A DNA stretch of 64,000 nucleotides, from NCBI GenBank assembly GCA_035559535.1, contig DATMBG010000051.1, positions 248,001 through 312,000 of the forward strand, read 5' to 3'. Numbering within the stretch: the first letter of the stretch is position 1; each line of letters begins with the position of its first letter. The DNA is from Candidatus Limnocylindrales bacterium. Its GTDB lineage: Bacteria > Moduliflexota > Moduliflexia > Moduliflexales > JAUQPW01. The notes beneath the pieces are model-generated. The model did no database searches. It saw only the letters and a list, made by a program, of their open reading frames with translations, and was not told the DNA's origin. A program made the position numbers and the translations under genes. Shown in pieces: positions 57,915 to 64,000 of this stretch.

Positions 57915-60113
57915 TTAAGGTTTCGTGCTTCCATAAATCCTTCGATAAACATTCCAGTTCCTTAAGACCAGTTTGACATAATTTCGAGTCTCGCGAAAAG
58001 GGATATTTTCTACTATTTCATCGGAATCCAGGCGTTCAAAATCCTTCCACCATCTTTCTATAGCCCCGGGTCCTGCATTATAACCGGCCACAGCCTTAAA
58101 AAGGTTTCCGTTAAATCGATTCAGCAGATAGGCTAAGTACCAGGTTCCAAAGGCAATATTGGTCTCCGGCTCGTATAAAAGGTCCGGGTGGAATCCTCTA
58201 AAATTGACCTGTTCTGCAATATACTTCCCGGTGGGAGGAATAATTTGCATAAGGCCCATCGCGTTGGAAGGAGAAAGGGATTTAACATTGTATCCGCTTT
58301 CCTGTCTGATTAGACCTGCTACCAGGAAAGGATCTAACCGATACTTTTCTGAATATTTCTGAATTTCTTTCTCGTATGCTAAAGGATATTTTAACTTCTC
58401 CAACCTATACGGAAAGTTTTGGATCTGGAGTTGTTTGAGATCCTCTTTAATTTGCATAACCAATTTGATACAAGCTAGGTAGTCTTTGACTTCACAATAG
58501 GCCCGACCCATGAGATATTTAAAAAGTAAATCTTCTTGGGAAGGGGTTTGGGGTTTGAATCCTTCCAGGAGATACTGAATTTCCCTGGATGCATAAGGCG
58601 TTAAGTAAACCTGACTTAGCTCGAGGGCTTTGGGAAGATGACTCCACGTCCGATTATAAGTAGTTTCCTCTATTCTACCCTTCAGGGTATTCAAAAAGGT
58701 CTGCCATTTATTTGTTGTGAAAAGATCCAAAGCTTCCCCCTCATAGGCATCTGGCCGTTGATTTTCTTTCTTCGTTTCCGGCTGTTGATTCTCCGGATCT
58801 GCCTTTAACTTTTTTAACCTCATCTCGGCCAGAACTGCATAATAAGATTCTTCATGATGATCTATGAGCTCCCGATAGTTTACCAGGGCCTCCTCTATTT
58901 TGTTCTGTTTTTCCGCAGATCGCCCTTTCCAGTAAAGGGCCTCGTCTTTGTAATCCCGAAAAGTTTGAATAATCGTTGAGAATAGACTGTCTGCTCTGGA
59001 ATATTGACCAAGCTGGTAGTAATCCCATCCAGCACGCCAGAGGGCATCTTCTGCCAGTGAGCTATCGGGATATTGCTCTCGTATTCTGGTATACCAGGTT
59101 GCAGCCTCTAGAAGTTTCCCTTGCTTTTCGCTGAGCTGACCCAGCAGGTAAAGGGCTTTATCTGCCCACATACTTTTGGAATATCCGGTAAGGATCCTCA
59201 AAAGGGCTTCTTTATGACTGTGTAAATTCCCCATTTCATAAAGCGCTCGGGCAATAACATTTTCATCCTTAGAATCCCTTATCAGATTATTTAAGAGGTT
59301 AATACTCTCCACTTTCTTTCCGGCTTTGTTATAAGCCTCTGCTAATTCAAAGGAAGCCTCTATACGAAAGGGACTCTGGGGGTATTGGGCTAGAAGGATA
59401 CGGTATAAATCGATGGCTTTTTGATAAACTTTGGCTGTAAAGGCAGCCCTGGCACCGTCATAAAGCATCTGCTCGGTCAAAAGAGGTGGAGACAGTCCCT
59501 TCTCCTTAAGAATTCCATTCATCCTTCTTTCTGCCTCCCAGGTATCCTCATGATTAGGATAATAAAGAATGAGTTGTTGATAAGCTTCAACGGCTTCTTT
59601 CCAGCTCTGTAGCCCTTCTAAGGATTGTCCCAGCTTGTAGTAAAGTTCTGCCTTATTTACCACAGAGGGAACCTTCACCAGTTCCCCAAGTAATTGGGCA
59701 GCTTCCCCATATCTTTGCTTGCGGAGCAAAATCTCAGCCTCTGCTTGCCGAACCTCATAAAGCAGAGGAAATTCTGGGTATACTTTATCGAGGTATTGAT
59801 AAATCGAGAGGGCTTCTTCATATTTCTCCAGGCGGTTAAGGGTTTGAGCCAGGTAAAACAAAACATACTCTTCAAGTTCTTTATATTGGCCTTTCAAAGT
59901 TTCAAAACTTTTCCAGGCTTTTTCATATTCCCCTCGATCAAAATAAGAGACGCCCTGGATAAAAAGGGTTCTATTTTTATCCAGGGAACTTAAAGAATTC
60001 AGGGATGGTTCAACATTCTGCTGAAAGGGAGAAAGGGTTTTGGGTGTCAGTAAAACCACAAAAACCATGGTAACCGTAACCACAAAAAAAAGAATTTCCA
60101 GGGATTGTCTCAT
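57915..60113 (-). CDS. Soluble lytic murein transglycosylase (Slt-like) with TPR repeats
   Basis: IRQES catalytic Glu, AMGLMQI, YNAGPG, IPFRETRNYV; N-terminal anchor and TPRs. Confidence 0.9.
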   Translation of the reverse strand: MRQSLEILFFVVTVTMVFVVLLTPKTLSPFQQNVEPSLNSLSSLDKNRTLFIQGVSYFDRGEYEKAWKSFETLKGQYKELEEYVLFYLAQTLNRLEKYEEALSIYQYLDKVYPEFPLLYEVRQAEAEILLRKQRYGEAAQLLGELVKVPSVVNKAELYYKLGQSLEGLQSWKEAVEAYQQLILYYPNHEDTWEAERRMNGILKEKGLSPPLLTEQMLYDGARAAFTAKVYQKAIDLYRILLAQYPQSPFRIEASFELAEAYNKAGKKVESINLLNNLIRDSKDENVIARALYEMGNLHSHKEALLRILTGYSKSMWADKALYLLGQLSEKQGKLLEAATWYTRIREQYPDSSLAEDALWRAGWDYYQLGQYSRADSLFSTIIQTFRDYKDEALYWKGRSAEKQNKIEEALVNYRELIDHHEESYYAVLAEMRLKKLKADPENQQPETKKENQRPDAYEGEALDLFTTNKWQTFLNTLKGRIEETTYNRTWSHLPKALELSQVYLTPYASREIQYLLEGFKPQTPSQEDLLFKYLMGRAYCEVKDYLACIKLVMQIKEDLKQLQIQNFPYRLEKLKYPLAYEKEIQKYSEKYRLDPFLVAGLIRQESGYNVKSLSPSNAMGLMQIIPPTGKYIAEQVNFRGFHPDLLYEPETNIAFGTWYLAYLLNRFNGNLFKAVAGYNAGPGAIERWWKDFERLDSDEIVENIPFRETRNYVKLVLRNWNVYRRIYGSTKP

Positions 60114-60131
60114 AAAATTGTGGGGAACCTC

Positions 60132-60227
60132 GTACTTTATTACTTCAATTTGGTTGGATAGAAAAGATCCACCTGGGGGTGGAATCCAACGAGAACTCGC
60201 CTTGTCGGAATTAAAGTAACAAAGTAC
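60132..60227. repeat. 96-bp element with 19-bp imperfect TIRs resembling the MITE ends
   Basis: gtactttattacttcaatt ... aattaaagtaacaaagtac. Confidence 0.45.
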
Positions 60228-60347
60228 TGGAAGGTTCTGAGGATCTTATCTTTTACTCTACCCCTGTATAATACTTAAATAGAAATATCCTATAACCGGC
60301 AGGGCGACCACCCAGCCCTTAAACTCTATAAATACAAAGAATATGAA

Positions 60348-61646
60348 TCATCCTTGAAGGTTTATTTTAATGGTTATGATAGCCCCTAGTGTGATGAGTA
60401 AGCTAGCCATGGCATAATTGGGAAAAAATCCCAGCCATTGAGTTAAATAACCACTCACAAGGGTGCCAAAGATCTTAGAAAATCCGATAACCGTATTATA
60501 AACGCCCAAAGCTTCTCCTTCCAATCCTTTTTTAGATAAGGAAGCCACAATGGTAGATCCAGACACCACGATCAGGGCCCAAAAAAATCCAGAAAGGGCA
60601 TCCACCAGGATAATCAGGGGGATCTTCAGAAATCCCAATTCCACGAAGCCGAGGAGACCATAGAATAAAAAGATGGCGGACCGACAGGTTGTTCCGATAA
60701 TCTGCAGTTTTCCACGTTTCGCTTGTTTGACCCATACCCCTGCATAGGCGTAAAAGAATGAAGAGGAGCTCGTTCGGACGATATTAATGATATAAACCCA
60801 ATACTCCGGAATGCCGATTCGATCCCGGAGGTAAAGGGGAAACACGGTGTAGGACATTAAAACCCCTGAGAAGATGAGGAAGGTGGCTAAAAAATACCAC
60901 TTTAAGGGACGGCTGAGAGTCTCTCCAAGATTTCCCAACTGGCCGGGATTTAGAAAAAAAACGAGTCTTCGGGGGAGGTACATGACCTTTTCGATAACTT
61001 CAAAGCCAGGGTAACGGCCTACGACCTTGACATACTCCATCCGATCCTCTCGGGATTTAGGTTCTGGAATCCAGATCCTGGCTAAGTAGGCTGCAAGCAA
61101 AGAGAGAATCCCCATGAGAACAAAAGCCAGGCGCATACTTATAGCTTTGGCAAAGGTATGGCTAAGGAGGGGAATGAGAATAACCCCCAGGACCAATCCC
61201 CCCACCCAACCCCATCCACCCACTTTATTAAAGATGCCAAAGGATTCGCTCCAGTCCTCCCTTCGGGAGGTTTCCATCACCAGGATTGCCGAAACGGGAG
61301 CCAGTGCTGCAGAGGACAGACCAAAGAAAAAAGAAAGAACACCGAATTGAAAGGTATTTTGAGCCAGGCTCATGAGAAGGAAGGAAACTCCAGAACCTGC
61401 AAATCCCAGAACAATGAGAACCTTTCGTTTATGAAGTCTATCGGAAAGAGTTCCCCAGAGGATCGAAGCGGGAACAGCCGCAATAGAGGTTAAGGAGAGA
61501 ACGACCCCAACAGTCCCCAGTTCACCCTTTAAAATATCCTTGACAAAGAAAGGGATGAGCAATGAAGAAAGTCCTTCCGAGAGTTTATAAAATACGAAGG
61601 AATAATACCATCGAGTTTTAATCCTGCTTACTGCTGTTTTTAGCAC
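60348..61646 (-). CDS. MFS transporter
   Basis: About 12 TMs; WGTLSDRLHKRK motif A. Confidence 0.85.
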   Translation of the reverse strand: MLKTAVSRIKTRWYYSFVFYKLSEGLSSLLIPFFVKDILKGELGTVGVVLSLTSIAAVPASILWGTLSDRLHKRKVLIVLGFAGSGVSFLLMSLAQNTFQFGVLSFFFGLSSAALAPVSAILVMETSRREDWSESFGIFNKVGGWGWVGGLVLGVILIPLLSHTFAKAISMRLAFVLMGILSLLAAYLARIWIPEPKSREDRMEYVKVVGRYPGFEVIEKVMYLPRRLVFFLNPGQLGNLGETLSRPLKWYFLATFLIFSGVLMSYTVFPLYLRDRIGIPEYWVYIINIVRTSSSSFFYAYAGVWVKQAKRGKLQIIGTTCRSAIFLFYGLLGFVELGFLKIPLIILVDALSGFFWALIVVSGSTIVASLSKKGLEGEALGVYNTVIGFSKIFGTLVSGYLTQWLGFFPNYAMASLLITLGAIITIKINLQG

Positions 61647-61801
61647 TTTTTCAACCTATGCCCTGGAGGATCAAATTAAACTTACCCTTGGGGGAAGAGT
61701 TTCTCGCAACGACACAAAGAATGCAAAGAAAAAATAAAATAAATTTAAAAATTTTTCTGAAGCTATCTTTTATCTTTTCGTGGGGGAATGGGATCTGGCC
61801 G

Positions 61802-61829
61802 GTAAGGGCAGCCCCCGGAGGACTGCCCT
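61802..61829. repeat. REP-like palindrome
   Basis: gtaagggcagcccccggaggactgccct. Confidence 0.45.
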
Positions 61830-61861
61830 GGTGATTTGAGGGCCCTTCGGGAGAAAATATA

Positions 61862-63253
61862 TCAAATACTTCCTTCTTCCTGAAGGGCCCGGAGGGTTGC
61901 TTCAAAAGCCTTTACGGTAATTTCTACATCCTCCTCGGTATGGGCCGAAGAGGTCATCCCCCCTTCTCGCATGATGTCTACTCCATTAAGAATCATTCCC
62001 TGTCGGAGTTTATAGATGAGGTCTGGGTTTGCTTTACCCTTTAGAAGATGGTAATCCAGGTTATAAACTTTGAAGTTAGGATCGGAGGCCTGAGCCGGAT
62101 CAATTCCTATCAGGAAATGAAAATCTGAAAAATCTCCATAAACATACCAATCCACCCCCAGCTTTCGGATAACTTCATTCATTCCATCCCGAAGAGCTTT
62201 GGCAATGGCATTGGCCTTTTGGATATCTTCCCCGGATTCAAGGATTCTTAAAGTCGTCAGACCTGCGCTGGCCGAAAGGGGATTTGCATTGTAGGTTCCT
62301 GGATGGTACATCTTCTTATGGCGATTCCAGTGGGGATCATCTTTTCTGAACTCAAGGTATTCCATAATGTCCTTTCGCCCGGCAACGGCTCCGCCGGGAA
62401 GTCCACCTGCAACGATTTTGGCCATTGTGGTTAAGTCCGGTTTAATCTTATAAAATTCCTGGGCACCGCCAGGAGCAACCCGAAATCCTGTGATAACCTC
62501 GTCAAAGATTAAGATGACCCCATATTGGGCCGTTAGTCGCCTCAACTCCGGCAGAAAGGCCGGATCGGTAGGAATCATTCCATAGGATCCACCGGTAGGT
62601 TCGATAATCACACAAGCGATATCCTGATGATGTTCCTTTAAGATTTTTTCCAAAGCTTTCGTATCATTGGGGGGACAGAGGATTACGCTTCCGATGACAT
62701 CATCCAAAAGTCCTGGAGAGATAGGGACTTCATAAGGGGGGTTAACTCCTATAGCTACATTATCATGCCAGCCATGAAAGTGGCCTTCGAACTTGACCAC
62801 CCGGGTCTTATTTGAAAAAGCCCTGGACAGTCGAATGGCCATGAGAGTTGCTTCGGTTCCAGAGCTGGTAAAGCGAACCCTCTCGGCAGAAGGGACCATT
62901 TTGATAATCTGAGCCCCCCATTCAACTTCCAGAGCATGGCAGGCCCCGTAGTGAGTTCCTTTCTCCAGTTGTTCCTGGACCGCCTTAAGAACCACCGGAT
63001 GACCATGTCCTAAAATAAGAGCTCCATGTCCAACCCAATAATCGACATATTCTCTATCGTCTTCATCCCACTTTCTGGACCCTTTAGCTCTTTTAACATA
63101 AATAGGAAAAGGCGTCATGTATCGCCCATCATGGGTTACCCCACTTGGAAAAATCTTCTGGGCTTGTTCATAAAGTGCTTTAGATTTAGGGAGTGCGGCT
63201 TGATAGGCATCCGTTAGACTTAGAGCAAGCTGAGAAACTGCCTGACTGGCCAT
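61862..63253 (-). CDS. Class III PLP aminotransferase, glutamate-1-semialdehyde aminomutase-like
   Basis: SSGTEATLMAIRL, FEGHFHG, FDEVITGFR, MAKIVAGGLP, GTYNANP; divergent from canonical HemL (PSGVTHDGR instead of PGGVNSPVR). Confidence 0.8.
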   Translation of the reverse strand: MASQAVSQLALSLTDAYQAALPKSKALYEQAQKIFPSGVTHDGRYMTPFPIYVKRAKGSRKWDEDDREYVDYWVGHGALILGHGHPVVLKAVQEQLEKGTHYGACHALEVEWGAQIIKMVPSAERVRFTSSGTEATLMAIRLSRAFSNKTRVVKFEGHFHGWHDNVAIGVNPPYEVPISPGLLDDVIGSVILCPPNDTKALEKILKEHHQDIACVIIEPTGGSYGMIPTDPAFLPELRRLTAQYGVILIFDEVITGFRVAPGGAQEFYKIKPDLTTMAKIVAGGLPGGAVAGRKDIMEYLEFRKDDPHWNRHKKMYHPGTYNANPLSASAGLTTLRILESGEDIQKANAIAKALRDGMNEVIRKLGVDWYVYGDFSDFHFLIGIDPAQASDPNFKVYNLDYHLLKGKANPDLIYKLRQGMILNGVDIMREGGMTSSAHTEEDVEITVKAFEATLRALQEEGSI

Positions 63254-63314
63254 GGGTCACCTCCTACACGGTTTGTTGTCCGTAGTCAATTTAGGAAGAG
63301 CAACGGACAACGGA

Positions 63315-64000
63315 TTAAAGTTGTTTATATTCTTCCAATAAATCTACGAGTCGATCAACCACAGCCGCTACAATTTTTTCTCCTGTATCCACCGAAGCAA
63401 CGGTCGGGTCTCCCATAATTCCCTTAGAAGTAGATTCTGCAAAATCAAAACCGATGGTTACAGACCCCGAATCCAAAAGATCCTTTATTCCATAAGAAAT
63501 ACCGAACCGTGATTTAGGGGTCCAGGTTTCTTTACTTATCTGGCTGGTATCTACCAGATTTGGACGTAAATAAAGCTGAAGGGAAGTTTCAAGCTCACAG
63601 GCATGTCCCATTCCACCCGGTTCACTTTTTCGGATGGCCCGGATCTCATCGGCTGCCAGGTCCCAATAGGAAGTTGCCAATATTTTAGTTCGATGGGTTC
63701 GCATAAAGTCATTGACTACTAAATTAATTAAGGCCCGATTTCCTCCGTGTCCATTTAAAATGAGGATTTTTTTAAATCCATGGTGATAAAGACTATCACA
63801 GATATCCTTGAGCAGATCCAGGAAGGTTTCCAGTCGAAGGGTAAGGGTACCTTGAAATCCCATATGATGAGGGGAATACCCAAACCAGACCGGTGGACAT
63901 ACCAGAACATCTCTCCTTTTGAGGGCGGCCCTCTTTGCAATTTCCAAAGAACTATGAATATCCGTATCAACCGGCAAATGGGGTCCGTGCTGCTCAATGG
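63315..64000 (-). CDS. Creatininase family protein; 5'-truncated by the window edge
   Basis: IEQHGPHLPVDTD, GYSPHH, NGHGGN, GHACELETS, GIMGDP. Confidence 0.88.
   Translation of the reverse strand, partial: IEQHGPHLPVDTDIHSSLEIAKRAALKRRDVLVCPPVWFGYSPHHMGFQGTLTLRLETFLDLLKDICDSLYHHGFKKILILNGHGGNRALINLVVNDFMRTHRTKILATSYWDLAADEIRAIRKSEPGGMGHACELETSLQLYLRPNLVDTSQISKETWTPKSRFGISYGIKDLLDSGSVTIGFDFAESTSKGIMGDPTVASVDTGEKIVAAVVDRLVDLLEEYKQL

Overview
A 64-kb, gene-dense bacterial chromosomal segment, roughly mid-40s % GC by eye. It is probably from a diderm, given the CpoB/YbgF-like, Slt-type transglycosylase and EmrAB genes. The window is mostly housekeeping and metabolism: metX-metY, smc, argG, ilvE, ino1, queA, galU, miaA, cax, a Fe/Mn SOD, SDRs and aminotransferases. 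It also holds an AhbC/D-like radical SAM cluster with PCP_red tails and a family-1 encapsulin with an encapsulated-ferritin cargo. I found no rRNA, tRNA, CRISPR array or intact transposase. The most unusual locus is a two-gene unit at 34204-37647. It encodes a 1005-aa CheA-like protein with an N-terminal SsuA/NMT1-type solute-binding domain that lacks a signal peptide, an intact Hpt histidine and a visibly degenerate ATP-binding domain. An intact CheY follows, with no MCP, CheW, CheR or CheB nearby. This is a candidate receptor-less cytoplasmic ligand-sensing phosphorelay built on a CheA pseudokinase. Many intergenic regions contain hairpins built from 7-9-nt tandem repeats, TA-flanked MITE-like elements or GTAG-type REP palindromes. 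One repeat element with an identical 40-bp core occurs twice, and one repeat appears to sit in frame inside the SMC hinge. Other points of note are a decayed defence-like patch (helicase-like and HEPN fragments beside a patatin) and a uORF-UGA-hairpin leader at about 57540-57630. All product calls come from motif recognition by eye; no database searches were run.
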